NCBI GenBank assembly: GCA_951406725.2
Contig: OX597815.1
Coordinates: 143,778,001-143,842,000, forward strand
Length of the DNA: 64,000 bases
Reading direction: 5' to 3'
Source of the DNA: Octopus vulgaris
Taxonomy: Eukaryota
In this document: positions 12,748-27,063 of the stretch, one piece after another
How positions within the stretch are numbered: the first letter of the stretch is position 1
Layout of the letters: the number at the start of each line of letters is the position of its first letter
The notes under the pieces: generated by a model
What the model was told of the DNA's origin: nothing
Databases searched by the model: none
Seen by the model: only the letters and a program-made list of their open reading frames with translations
Position numbers and translations under genes: made by a program

Positions 12748-13841
12748 CAGTGTGTTCCAGAAGTCTTGGGCACATTTCAAGTCCTCATATCTGCTGGACT
12801 ATGATTGGTAGTAAGATGAAACTGGTACCATTTTAAAGCTAAATTCATTAAATTTTTTTTTGTAATGCTAATGATTTTTTCATATTTTTTTCAGATCCAG
12901 AAATGGCGTTCACTCAACCAGAAAAGGCGTTTTGCGTACTTGAATTTGTAAAAACTGAATCATGGACACTTGTTCAACTTGCATTTCGCACAAAATTCCG
13001 AAAAGAGGCACCAGAAAGGAAGTCCATATTGAGATGGAATGATAAATTCATGAGGGATGGGTGTTTGTGCCCAGCTAAGAGAACGGGACGCCCCTCAACT
13101 TCAGATGATACGGTTGAACGAGTTCGAACTGCTTTCGATCGGAGAGCCAGTAGGAAACTTCAGCTTCCTACAACAACTGCTTGGCGTATCTTAAAAAGAC
13201 GACTGCAGATGACACCTTATAAGCTACAGTTAGTCCAACAGTTGCAGGACACTGATAAACCAGCTCGTCGTGACTTTTGCATTGCAAAGCAAGAGAAGTT
13301 GGAAGATGACGGATTTGATGACCGGCTTGTTTTTGGCGATGAGGCGACCTTCCACGTAAATGGCAAAGTTAACAAGCATAACACTCGTATATGGGGTACT
13401 GAAAACCCACATGAACTTCTTGAGCACCAGCGAGATTCCCCAAAGGTGAACGTGTTTTGTGCCATGTCCAAGAAAGCTGTCTACGGACCATTCTTCTTTG
13501 AAGGAGCAACAGTCAATGGTGACACGTACCTCGACATGCTGGAAAACTGGTTAATGGATAAGTTGAGTGAGGAAGAGTCTGACGACTTCATTTTCCAACA
13601 GAATAGGGCACCACCGCTCTAGAGCCTCAGGGTTAGACAGTATCTGAACACAACACTGCTAGACAGATGGATTGGACGGTCTGGGCGAGATGATCGCGTT
13701 CTCGTGCCCTGGCCTCCCAGGTCTCCAGATCTCACACTCTGCGATTTCTTTTTGTTGGGGTTTGTGAAAGAACTGGTCTATGTGCCTCCCCTTCCAAAGA
13801 TATTCAATGTCAAAATGTGCCAAGACTTCTGGAACACCCTG
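12748..13841 (+). mobile_element. Tc1/mariner element, rosa/Visitor-like (DUF4817-type HTH), with 3' internal deletion
   Basis: TIRs CAGTGTGTTCCAGAAGTCTTGG / CCAAGACTTCTGGAACACCCTG with TA on both sides. Confidence 0.92.
12903..13800 (+). pseudogene. DD(46)D-type transposase pseudogene
   Basis: MAFTQPEKAFCVLEF..FGDEATFHVNGKVNKHNTRIWG..FQQNRAPPL*..WPPRSPDLTLCDFF; single in-frame TAG at 13620-13622, second catalytic D changed to N, C-terminus deleted. Confidence 0.9.
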
Positions 13842-14817
13842 TATTTATTACAAATACAGGCAAATAGAAAACTATTATCAAATATCCACTGAAGAACTAC
13901 AAAATTATCTAATAAAAATAGTGGAAAATTAATACAAATAACTACAAAATACCGGCAAACAAATGAAAAAATGTTCTCTGTCAGCAGGAAAGTCAACAGA
14001 TATAAAAGAGAGGCTGGAATAAACGATAGTTGCAAGGAGAAAAAGAAAGATTAACAGAAATTGTTGAGGGGGAAAATGAGGCAATAGAATGCCATAGTTA
14101 AATAATATCATAAACAATCCATACAGGACCAAAAGATGAAAATACTGAATAGAGGAGAAAAGATAAAGAACAATTGCAACACTAGCTGACAAAAGCAGAA
14201 CTCAAAGCTAAAACTGAACAATTCTTGACTACGGTAAAAATAAAATCTTCTTGCCAGAAACCGCAAAAGCATGTAAGGAAATTGAATGCCGTAACTGCAG
14301 ATATGGGGTAACCAGGAAGAGACAATTTCCTACTTTGGTCTCTGACTGTCCAGTCTTACATTGAGAAGCATGGCAGAGTTGAGGTCTTCCTAGTCTGGAA
14401 AGTATATTAGTATTACGAAACACCAATGAAATGGAGGTTGTATAAATATAAGGCATGAAGAGTTTCAGTGAATGATAAAATGGTCATACTTTTTGATAAA
14501 GCAGATCACATACGTGGGGATATCAATGCTAAGCGACTGGATATTGCCATCAAGAAGTATCAGGATATTCTCAATGATTATCAGGAAATTTATAAAAGAA
14601 ATTACTTAATTATCCAAATACAAAGATCTAGAAATAAAGATTACCAGAATGTGGGATTTGAAAGTAGACGCAATCTTAGTAATAATAGATGCCTTTGAAA
14701 TGATTGAAACAAATACAGATAACTACATAACCAACTATGCAGACAATACAGAAAATAGTGCTTGTAATGCTATTTGCTAGGTGTACTCATATTATGTATA
14801 TTACTGTCAATATCGTG

Positions 14818-14819
14818 GA

Positions 14820-14907
<88 letters not shown>

Positions 14908-14931
14908 AAAGAAAGAAAGAAAGAAAGAGAA
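14818..14931. repeat. (AAAG)n microsatellite
   Basis: Near-perfect tetranucleotide run. Confidence 0.98.
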
Positions 14932-14949
14932 AGCACGAGCGTGCAATAA

Positions 14950-15896
14950 AAATAAGCTACTGGAAAAAATAATATGGAAGCACAACAACTAATAAAGGAA
15001 AATGATTAAAGAACCAATAATGGAAAATCTTGAAAGAACTAATTAAGAAAAAGGATGAATTGGCCATTGAAGAATTAGAAATATCGACGAGAATTTAGAG
15101 AGAGAAGGCTCTGCTTAAAACAAGGATGTTTCTGCGTTGACAGAAGGAAGTTGAATGTATTCAGTAACAAAGTGAATAGATTTTCTCGAATACTTTAGAT
15201 CTGATATAATATCACAGAGAACAACAAGCTACAAAGTGTTGCTAGAATTTATAGAGCAGAGAAATTAGGAATTGAAAGAGAAGAAATAACAATAGAAAAT
15301 GAGCACTGCTGGAAACAACGGATAAAACATAACATTAAAAGACAGTGTAGGCAGATTAGTGAGTGGGAAAGAAGAAGCAATGGAGGGACGGATGGATGGA
15401 TGGATACACTACTGTGTTCGATCTTTTCAAAACAATGTAAAGGAAAAACAAAGGACTTCCTACAGCAATAGAGGAACTTAAAAAGGAAACTTATGGCCAA
15501 AACAACCAAAATTTAATTTCATAAAAGGGTTCAATACATATAGAATTGTATGCTCCCGACAGAACAAAAGTGGTTTTATTTCGAAATAAACGGTAACCAA
15601 TCAGACCTTGTGAGAGGGGAATAACTGGTAATGATACATAAGAGTAAAATACTCAACTGGAAATGTCCTGTATTGATGAATTGCAAGGGTAATTAGTTAA
15701 AAACTTACTTCCTTTCATAAGAGAATAGAAAACAACTAAATGATATCCTATGTAGCAGAGAACCATTACCAGAATGGATAATACAAGATAGGATTGTTCT
15801 GTGCTTGAACGGTTACATAACAAAGGTAATAGAGCTGACACTTTTAGACCAATAAAGTGTCTGTCAATAATGTGAAAGCGTTTGGCCGTGTAGTTA

Positions 15897-15976
<80 letters not shown>

Positions 15977-16231
15977 ATACATATATACATATACATGTAT
16001 ATATATATACATATATACATATACATATATATACATACATATACATACATATACATACATGCACACACATACATACATATATACATACATGCATACATAT
16101 ATATACATGCATACATATATATATATATACATACATATATATATATACATACATACATATTATATATACATACATGCATATATACATATATATATACATA
16201 CATATTATATATACATACATGCATATATACA

Positions 16232-16262
<31 letters not shown>

Positions 16263-16357
16263 GCATATATACATATATATATATATACATACATGCATAT
16301 ATATATACATACATGCATATATATATATACATTCATGCATATATATATATACATTCA

Positions 16358-16395
<38 letters not shown>

Positions 16396-16477
16396 CATAC
16401 ATATATATATATACATACATATATATATATATACATACATATATATATATATACATACATATATATATACATACATA

Positions 16478-16511
<34 letters not shown>

Positions 16512-16532
16512 CATACATATATATATACATAC

Positions 16533-16563
<31 letters not shown>

Positions 16564-16585
16564 CATACATATATATATACATACA

Positions 16586-16619
<34 letters not shown>

Positions 16620-16695
16620 CATACATATATATATACATACATATATATATATATATACATACATATATATATACATACATATATATATACATACA

Positions 16696-16792
<97 letters not shown>

Positions 16793-16867
16793 CATATATA
16801 TATATATACATATATATATATACATACATATATATATATATACATACATATATATATATATACATAC

Positions 16868-16948
<81 letters not shown>

Positions 16949-16950
16949 CA

Positions 16951-17005
<55 letters not shown>

Positions 17006-17640
17006 GTTTAGATTTCCAGGAGATATATTACTACCAGAGCAGAGCAGAAAGGATACCGAAGGAAGAATGGGAGTACAAAAGACCAATTACTGATAGATAC
17101 ATTAATACTACAAGACTACAAGATTACAGGAAGTGACATACACAATTCACGTAGGTTTGGATCGATTATGAGTGGGGAAAAAAGGCCTATAGCACGAGGC
17201 TTTATCATTGGACAGTAGAATACTCAGGAATGGTAGTTATTACAGAAAATATAAGAAGGTTGATTTAAAAGAGTATGCGTAAATGGAAACCCAAATTAAT
17301 CTATTCTGGTCAAGAGGTAGGAATTATTAAGATCAATAAAGGAATCTTTCATGGTGATATCTTGTCCCACTTGCTTTTTGAAATATCTTGGATTCCTTTA
17401 ACACTGTTCCTAAGAAAATGGTAAGGGATGAGTAAAATATTAAAGGAGGTAATTATCCTTTTCTATATGTGAATAGTTAGAAATTGTTCGCCAAGCTGCA
17501 ACGATCATGGCAGAATCTTTAGTACAAAGAATCCGTGGATTATTGAAGATATTTGACGGGAGAGGGGGGTGATTTGGGATTTAAAAGTGTGGAGTTTTAA
17601 TAATGGAAAGAAGAAATATATTGGATAGTAATATGATACA
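14950..17640 (+). mobile_element. decayed R4/Dong LINE RT region split by a 1.1-kb microsatellite
   Basis: PLPEWI (about 15760), [11 protein letters not shown] (about 15840), DQLLID (17082), WIDY (17158), GIFHGDILSHLLF (17341). Confidence 0.75.
15897..17003. repeat. (TA)n/(TACA)n compound microsatellite, about 1.1 kb
   Basis: Directly visible; source of the Y/I/H ORFs. Confidence 0.98.
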
Positions 17641-17729
17641 ATAAACCCAAATGTATGTAGAACCTCACATAAACCTACGTGCAGACTTACACATTGAGGC
17701 ATGCAGTAACAGACCAACAGTCAGGTTTA

Positions 17730-17763
<34 letters not shown>

Positions 17764-17927
17764 AGAGAGGGAGAAAGAGATGCAGATAGACAAAGAGACA
17801 GACTTTCAGATAGCTAGCTAGAAATATAGATAGATAGATAGATAGATAGTTAGATAGATATACTTTTACAATCATAAGTATAAATACATATATACACGTA
17901 CAAAAATATATGAATATATACATGAAT

Positions 17928-17981
<54 letters not shown>

Positions 17982-18419
17982 GCATGCACATATACATACA
18001 CACTACATAGCTAAATACATACACACATACACACACACACACACACAAACACACACATATATATATATATTTGTATATGAATACATATGTGTATGTATTT
18101 AGCAATGTCGTGTGTATATATATGCACACACACGCCCACATATATAGAAATGAACCTACACATAAAGCCTATGTATAGAGCTATAGAGACAACTGCAAAC
18201 AGACTTTCATATGGATATATACTGTACATATCGACTCATGTGTAGAGATGTACAGTCGTACACATACCTGACGTTGCACTTGGACTTACACGTAGACTTA
18301 TATATAAATACACATAAACGCACACACATAAACGTACATATAGACTTGTACAAAGACCCAAAACTTAGCCATACATACAGACATACATTCACACGCACAC
18401 ATGCACAGAAAGAGAAGAG

Positions 18420-18468
<49 letters not shown>

Positions 18469-19435
18469 GAAGGAGGGAGAGAGAGCTGCCTTCCCCACCA
18501 CACGCAATTCAACACAAAAGCAACGACACGGTATAAGTTCAATATCAAAATTATTAGTTTGACACTTTGAGAAATGGAAAAAATTAATTATAGTTGTCCT
18601 TCTGATGAATATCGGTGTAGAGTGGAAAAAAAGAGAAGGGAAGACAAGAAAAGAACTGGAAAAGAAAGTAAACGAAACGATCGAGGTGGAAATGTCCACA
18701 TGAAATTTGTTTTTATATATATATATATATATATATATACAGAGAGAGAGAGAGAAAGATAGAGAGAGATTTTGTTTACAAACGAAGAAAAGAATATTAA
18801 ATAGAAAAATTATAGTTTATATATTTTATTTAGTGCTGAAAGTTCTTGAATAGCAATACTGAGTTTTACGTAGTTGATTATTAAAACTATTGTAGAAGGG
18901 AAAGCAGTGTGGCAATATATAAGTAAAAATATTTCTAAACATAAAGAAATTTGCTTGGTTGCAAAAAATAAAGCATTGAGAAATGCGTTAAGCATTCATC
19001 TATTACAATTGTCATAAATGAATGTGCGATGCATTTTTCTGTTGTTTATTGTATTGTGTGTGAAACAGCCATTCAATCTTGATGTGGTGCTTACGAATAT
19101 TTTTGCTTAGATATTGTCACTTGCTGACGTCTATCTTTGAGTTAGCAGGAAAAGCAGTGTCTCATTGAGTTAGTAGGAAAAGCAGTGCCTCATTACACCT
19201 CCGATGATGGTGGAAGGATAGGAGGAGGTTAGTCTCAAGCCACACACCTGGTAGGAATACTTGCAACAGAGTGAACACCGAAACAGTTCACCTAAAATAG
19301 CTTTAATCCGAGAAGCGGATTAAGCCTACTACCCAAGTAGGCCACCAGAGGATTTGAACTCAGAACTTGAACAAATACGATTTGAACTCAAGAACTTGAA
19401 CAAATACGATTTGAACTCAAGAACTTGAACAAATA

Positions 19436-20733
19436 CAAGGGTAGGTTGGAAAGTTCATAGGCTGACTATGAAAGAGTGATTCTAGGGCTTTGAAATCTTG
19501 CATGCATTAATTTCAGCTCATCTTATTAATAACTACATTGTTTCTTTCCAAGTAAACTGACGTGCGACCGTTTAAAGACGACTTCAAAAATAACTAGCAG
19601 AGATTTCTCCTGAAAATGAACAAAATTTGGCATCGTCGTGCTATCGTGTAAATACAGAAAAAGGGTTTAGTCCCCAAGGATATTCATGCTGACATGGGTG
19701 TTATATTAGGGGATGACGCTCCAGCTTTATCAACAGTGCAAAAGTGGGCAGCTGAATTCAGGAGGGGAACCTTGAAGGTGACCCAATGTCTAGACGCCCT
19801 GCAACTGTCACCACTGAAGAAAAAAACTGATTGTGTTCATCACTTGGTGATGGATGACATGTGATTGACTAGACATCAAATAGCCAATGCTATTAGTACG
19901 TACCGTAAGAGAGTTGAGAATATTCTGCAGAATGAACTCGGCACAACGAAGGTTTCTGCTCGGTGGGTGCCACGTCTTCTGACTCCTGATCAAAAACGCA
20001 CCAGACTAATCACATAACATTCTTTGAGGCAAAGCCAGCTAGTTTCCTTGAACGTTTCCTAACCCAGGGTGAGTGTTGGCTTCACCACTTTGTGCCAGAG
20101 ACAAAGAGACAATCCATGCAGTGGAAACACCCTACTTCACCTGCTCCAAAGAAGGCCAAGATCGTTTTATCTGCAAGACAGTTGATGGCCTCAGTATTTT
20201 GGGATGCAAAAGGCATTGTATTTATTGACTATCTTTTGGGAGATGCAAAAGGCATTGTGTTTATTGCCTGTCTTTCTGGGGATACAAAGGGCATTGTGTT
20301 TATTGACCATCAATGGAAAGTACTATGCCAACTTTTTGAGGCAGATACGAAAGGCTATCAAGACCAAATACCCAGGAAAACTGAACAAAGGAGTTTTGGT
20401 TTCAATAGCTGCTCTGTGTGACTATGACTTTGAAATTGTTGCTCAACCTCCCTATTCTCCTGATTCGGCCCCATTTGACTATCATCTGTTCCCCAACGTG
20501 AAAAAACACTTGGCTGGGAAGCAGTATTGTAGTGAGGATGACTTCATATTTGTTGTTGGTAAATATTTTGACCAACAGGATGAAAACTTCTTTCACCAAT
20601 GGGATACAAGCACGGCAATATCGATGGAAGAAATGTGTGGAACGTAAAGAGGGCTATGTTGAAAATAAACCTGATTTGATCACATTTCATAAGAGTATCT
20701 TGGTCAACCTATGAACTTTACAGCCAACCTTCG
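19436..20733 (+). mobile_element. mariner (DD34D group) element with decayed transposase
   Basis: TIRs CAAGGGTAGGTTGGAAAGTTCATAGGCTGAC / GTCAACCTATGAACTTTACAGCCAACCTTCG flanked by TA; motifs ARWVPRLLT, PETKRQSMQW and PYSPDSAPFDYHLF, with frameshifts. Confidence 0.92.
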
Positions 20734-21129
20734 TACTGCAAGTCATTCGGTCCAGCCTTCTTACAGTTTAACAAATTCATCATCCTAGAGTTGTACGTTT
20801 TTATCGACATACCACGAAGCATTCTTTATGATGCCCAAGTGGCTCAGTTGATTTGCTGCTTACTTTTAGTGTTGTCCTATATGCACCTATCGATTATGTC
20901 ATCACCTCCTGTGCTTCTAATATTACTAGTATTTCTTTTCATTGATCGTTTTAACGTGCATTTTGTTCTCGCGTGCCGGTTTCGTAATCTTATCCTAATT
21001 CCCTATATTTGTCACGCTGTCATCATAAACTAATACTTCACAGTTGATGTCATAACGATCCTTTCGATATAATCTGTGTGCTGTTTGTATTTCTATTCTA
21101 ATGCCTCGAAGTTGCCAATTATTTAACTT

Positions 21130-21900
21130 AAATTACTTTGTTTGTTGAAACTAGTCAAAATAAGCAATGCCAACCGACAAAGAAATATTCAATAGATCAG
21201 CGCCGTAATGATCTAATGTCGAGTATGTATTCTAAAAATTAGAATACATTCCTCAAATCAAACAAACGAATCATAAACCAATCAGGATCAACTGAAGAAA
21301 AATCATTTGTTTCAATCCACTCTTAGCGATAAATATAAAAAAGACTTTCTAACAATGATCACCAAACATTTTTAACTACAACATAGAAGGAACAACACCA
21401 GAGTTAGTTACATCTGTAGAAGGACTGGAAAGAAAATTGTTATCCAAAATATAAAGAACTCACATTACAGCCGAAAAAGATACCTGTTACTCTAACGAAT
21501 GAAAGCTATTGCTCGTTAAGTGAAAATTGTTTGATAAAGAAGTAATCTACAGGGCAACAAAAGTACAATAAAGATAAAGCAATAAAGACTATGCCGGAAT
21601 AACAAGTGCAAGATTTAAATATATATGCCAACATCACATACACTCTTTCCAGAATGTTTATAAGAAGCTCGTAGTGAATTTATCGAAAAAACATTTGAGA
21701 CTTAAGGGAGGGTAATTATCAATGTAAAGTGGACAATAACAGGCAATTCCATAAAAGGATCCAGGCATTCTGTGTGCTGGAGTAAAACTAAATAAATATG
21801 ATAATGTGCTTTTTCAATAAACGAAATTAGGTAACATAACGTTGCTAACACCAGTCCGAACTCTAAACAGTATGAATAGCGAAACACTGGCCAAAAGTTG
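21130..21900 (+). mobile_element. decayed Penelope-like ORF (RT thumb, linker, GIY-YIG)
   Basis: Frameshifted peptides KEIFNRSAP, RKIICFNP, TRVSYIC, CSLSENCL..VIYRAT and FNKRN follow the Penelope order (WFNPP..SYSC..CPL..C..VYKA..LNKR). Confidence 0.6.
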
Positions 21901-22286
21901 CAACAGAGGTACGACAATGTTAACAACAAATTAATGTCAACTGACCTATTTCCTCCTCGCACAAATGTCAATGACACTTTCGATAAAACCAAAGGACATA
22001 AATCTCAGGTCCGAATTTCTACGCCTAATAATTCCCATATGGCGCACAAGGATTCAAAATGTCAAGAAAATGGACGCGTACTTTAGCACTCGCGTTCATT
22101 AAAGCTTTGATAATGAGTTTCTAACTCGAAATATCAAACCATACTAAATATTTCTAAGGTAATATTTCAATCTTTGTGATTAATAGTTTTGATATTCAAT
22201 GATCCGTCTGCAATGCTAATGCTTTCTATAAAACATTGATTTTCGACTTCTTCTGGAATGCATCAAGCACACTACAACACTTGTTA

Positions 22287-22377
<91 letters not shown>

Positions 22378-22671
22378 CTTCTGTAGACAGATCTGGAGAC
22401 AGAACGAACTGGCTATAAACTAACTTGGAGAACTCTCCTCACGCTACTCGAAGTAAGGATTTTTTAATCCTGAAATATTGCAATATTAAAAACGGAATTT
22501 TAGATATAACTACATTTTTGTTATTTATTGGCAACACCATATTTTATTCTGTTTTATTCTTAAATCGTATTGCCATAAAGTTTTATTAAAACTCGCCATT
22601 TTGTTCATATATGCAGGCGTGCTCGCGCGTGTGTGTGTGTGTATTTGTGTTGTGTTCTTGAACATGACACT

Positions 22672-22884
22672 TCATTTCACATTGATCCAGTTCATTCTAC
22701 TGGCAAAAATGAGATATACCTATAATTCAAAGTGCCAGCCTATGTCACACCGAATCTCCCTGAATACTACGTTAAGGCTACGCATGTTCGTGGGCACTAA
22801 GCCACTTGCACGTTAATTTCACGAGCAGGCCGTTCCGTTGAACGGATCAACTGGAACCCTTGTCGTCGTAACCGACGGAGTGCC
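22672..22884 (+). mobile_element. SINE family C (5' truncated)
   Basis: GCCACTTGCACGTTAATTTCACGAGCAGG..GGAACCCT.GTCGTCGTAACCGACGGAGTG, the reverse complement of 33199-33330. Confidence 0.85.
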
Positions 22885-23090
22885 AGTTTTTTTCTTCATA
22901 TATGTACGTATATATGAATGTGTGTGTATATGTGTGTGTGTGTGTGTACGTGTGTGTGTGTATATATATATATATATACATACACACACACACATATATA
23001 TATATACGCACACACATATGTATCGGTGTGTGTGTGTTTTTATGTGTGTATCTAGGGGGGTGTATGAGTATACATACGTATACGTATATA

Positions 23091-24214
23091 CAGAAGTTGG
23101 ACAAAGTAATAGAAACACCTAGCATCATAGCATCATAATTTTGAAATATCTATAAAACCGTCAAAAGCTCGTTTATTTTTATGTTGTTTTTTATTTATTA
23201 TTAGTATTGCTTAATATGTTTTGCTAAAATTGCTGTTTCTTTTCGGGTATCATCAGAAAAAGGGAATTAAAATTCATTAAAATGACAGATCTATTGGATT
23301 TTCAAAGAGGTCAAATCGTTGGTGCTCGTATGGCAGGCGTTAGTGTAACGAAAACGGCCAAAATGTTTGGTGTATCAAGAAGTACTGTCTTGAAAGTAAT
23401 GACAGCCTTTGAGAAAAAGGGAAAAAAACTTCTCGTCGAAACAAAACTCCAGAAGAAAACCAAAACTTTCAGGTAGGGACAGTCGAACTCTTACACGAAC
23501 TGTTAGAAAGGATCACAAAAGTACAGCTCCCAAAATTACTGAGCTTAATGACCACCTCGAGAACCCAGTTTCCACAAAAACTGATCGCCGGGAGATGCAC
23601 AAAGCTGGATTTCACGGGAGGGCTGCAACAGAAAACCGCTGTTAAACATGGAGGAGGGTCTGTGATGATCTGGTGGTGGTGGTATGTGTGTGTTTGTGTG
23701 GTGGTGGTGGGGGGGGGCTATATCTTGGAAATCCGCCGGCTCAATGGTTTCCCTTCATTGGCAGGATTAATAGTCAAAACTATTTAAGCATTTTATCTGA
23801 TTAAATTCATCCTATGGTTGCACAACTGTTTCCAGAGGGAAGCCCAATCTTTCAGGATGATAATGCATCAATCCACACAGCCAAGTGGTTACTGAATGGC
23901 ACGAGGAACATTCTAGTGAAGTTGATCATCTTATCTGGCCACCACAGTCCCCAGATCTCAATATTATTGAACATTTATGGTACATTTTTGAAAAAGAAGT
24001 AAGGAGTCGATATCCTCCACCACCATCACTACAAGAACTGGAGACTGTTTTAGCTGAAGAATGGACAAAATTCCTTTGGAAACAATTGAAACTTTGTACG
24101 AGTCTATACCTCGTAGAATTCAAGCTGTAATTACTGCCAAAAGCGGTCCTGCCCCATATTTAAATAAATTTGTTTGAAATTTTAAGGTGTTTCCATTATT
24201 TTGTCCGACCCCTG
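23091..24214 (+). mobile_element. Tc1-like element (DD36E spacing), internally deleted
   Basis: TIRs CAGAAGTTGGACAAAGTAATAGAAACACCT / AGGTGTTTCCATTATTTTGTCCGACCCCTG flanked by TA; MTDLLDFQRGQIVGARMAG, VKHGGGSVMIW, FQDDNA, WPPQSPDLNIIEHLW. Confidence 0.93.
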
Positions 24215-24228
24215 TATATATATGTATG

Positions 24229-24313
<85 letters not shown>

Positions 24314-24739
24314 ATGCATTGGTGTGGAAAATAATTTAAGGCTGATGAATATAGTTGATTAACATAAACATAAAACTTTACATATAATGAAATAATCTGG
24401 CTTATTAACATGCAGCTATGTTAATCAGAATACAATTCTAAATCGTTTATGTATTGAGCACTTCCCGTTTTTGCATGAAAATGCATGGTCATACAAAACG
24501 CACGCACACACACACACACACGTGTGCTTAATCTCTCATACAGACATCCACGCACACTTCTAACCACACACAATTTCACACTTACATATAATGCATGTGC
24601 GAGCAGGAAATATCACTGATATTTCAATATATTCATTCCTACAGATGTCACAGTAATCCTTACGACATCACAGCTGCATAACAATTATGCAAAAACCAAA
24701 CACACGCAGAGAAGTGGATGTATTCTGCATCTGGCATGT

Positions 24740-25480
24740 TTTTGGTTTGTCTGTCGGTACAACTCTTCCTGCTAAGCAACAATGTTCAAAAAGAAACTAG
24801 ATTTTAATATGGAAACCTTTTATGTTTTTCTTACAATGTAATCAGGCCCGTTTTCAAAATAGTTCCCTCTCCAGAGCTATTGGTCATCTGACCACGTGGA
24901 ACAAATTCATGATAATCTATGTTCCTCCAATGAAAATAGACGATAAACACCACCTTTACATTTGAGCAACTCTGATATTTATTTTTTGGTCATGGTGAAC
25001 CCACTGCGATGAATGCCTATTTGTTTCGACATCATAACTTCACACCCGCCTGTTATAGTGACTTTTCAGATAGCTTCCATCAGCTTTCGACAATCGAACA
25101 GTTTCTGACTCCCTGTGACACAATTCTACTTTTATTCACACAATGCAATCTTCAGTTTGTTTTTTAAAATATGCGACACGAATTTTTACAGATGCTTACG
25201 TCTCCAAAAAACTTTACAATCAGTCAGATAACGGTTTTTCACGGATCACTGCAAGCACTTTCGAAATGTGATCGTTGTTTGTTATCGCCAAATATTTTCC
25301 TTATTTTGAATCGTCTTCAGCAGGTATTTTTTACCAAATTTGAAAAGCTGATACCACTCGTAACATTGCGCACAGCTCATACAGTTCTCCCTACAGACAA
25401 CATTAAAACAAAGACTTCGTAAAAGTCTCGCCAAACTGAGGCCGAATCTCACTTAAGCACATTACTTTTCCAATTCTTTC
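24740..25480 (-). mobile_element. old mariner transposase remnant
   Basis: Minus-strand peptides CMSCAQCYEWYQLFK, YDVET and SNVKVVFIVYFHWRNIDYHEFVPRGQ. Confidence 0.7.
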
Positions 25481-26353
25481 ACAGCTCAACTCGCGATAAA
25501 TTTAACAAATACACAAAGCATGCGTTCATTCTAACACATGTAGACTAATGACTTACTTCGCCAGATGTGGTTATTATTAAACTAGAGGCTAAATTTACTA
25601 TATACAGCGTAACAATTAATCACAAACACGTTGCGCCAGCAGATTCAATTGCTAGTTTAAAAGTTCAGTTACTGAACTAGTAAATCCTGTAGATGTGCTC
25701 CTAGGAAGTCAGTTCTATATTCAGTCCTTTGGGATAGTATTTCCTCATAACACAGTTCTTTCCGGTTGGGTATAAAAGGGTCAGTTTTTGTCCATTTGCT
25801 CGTTCCGGGCAGTCTTATATTCAACCCCTGTGATTGCTGTTTACAAAAGGAATTTGTTATTATATACAGATGAGAGTTAGAGCATTCTGTAGCTGAAGAT
25901 TTTACGTGGGGTAATATTACGCATATTTCCTTTATATTATATATCGGGGGTTAACTCTTTGTGTCTGTTCTTTCATTCTTTAGAATGTGTCGCAGCCCCA
26001 AATAATTCATAATTTATATATTTTTTGAGCACGTTTTCAGCAAAATACCTCGCTAAGCCTAATTATGGTGTATCCTGTGGCGTGCGTATGTTTTATTACC
26101 GAGTGTTTATGTTTGTGTGTATATTTACATACTCCATACAAATTCATACATACACGCACAACTGTGTTGACGAGCATACACACACACGCACATACATGTG
26201 CCATTCATATGAGGACACCATGCCTTACGTAATATGTCATGTGATTCTGTCGCCATAAAAAAGATGAATATCTAGATTAGGAAAAAAGACTATCTATGGA
26301 TGTAAATTGAAAGCCAGCCATCCAAGAAAATAATAATGATGATGATGATGACG

Positions 26354-26449
<96 letters not shown>

Positions 26450-27063
26450 GTGGTGGTGATTTATTATTTTTTATATTATGGGATTATGTCGAAGGTAGTG
26501 TAACGTAAGCATCATGATGATATTGGTGATGTGCTTGCTTTTGTTGTTGTTGCTGTTTTGATGATGATGATGATGATGGAAAAGGAGGAGGAGAGGGTAG
26601 ATACAACAAGAAACAAAGAAAGTAAAGTCAAAAACACGTAGAATCTGTGCAAGAATAGAAGTAGAGAAGAAAAAAAAACTACAAGAAAGACAAAAGACAA
26701 AGAAGGACGTGGAGGAGAGAAATGGAGAAAAGTAAACGGGGTAGGAGGGAAGAATGGGACGGTAAGGAAAGAATTAATGGGACGGAGTAGAAATGGAGAT
26801 GTAGAGAGGAACAAGGAACCCAGTAAAAGAGAAGAAATTATGTACGAAGTCTGCATGATGGTAGAATGTGGAGTTGTTATTGATATAGATGTTGTTTTGG
26901 GTGTGGGTGATAGTAGTAGTGGTAATGGTGGTGTTGTGTTTGCGATGAATTCGATCTCATAACCTAAGTGCTTGTATTTGTCTATGTTACCACTATGATG
27001 TCACGTGTACTCAAATGGCCACTGATCTCCAAACTGTCATGATACATCTCGCCGTCTTATAAT

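Larger units (their letters stand above)
9250..14800 (+). mobile_element. highly decayed R4/Dong LINE interrupted by a mariner-like element
   Basis: A-rich strand with ordered motif remnants NYKSITCF (about 10580), GQFLIN and AWLD (10700-10770), RMYVS..RGL (about 11500), CCHC remnant (14290-14360), KRLDI (14530) and IQKIVL (14745). Confidence 0.65.

Noticed and set aside
15857-17136. Longest ORFs in the window (320-384 aa, YI repeats)
   Set aside because: A (TA)n microsatellite lacks stop codons; not coding.
20092-20647. SETMAR-like host gene
   Set aside because: No SET domain; frameshifted transposase between TIRs.
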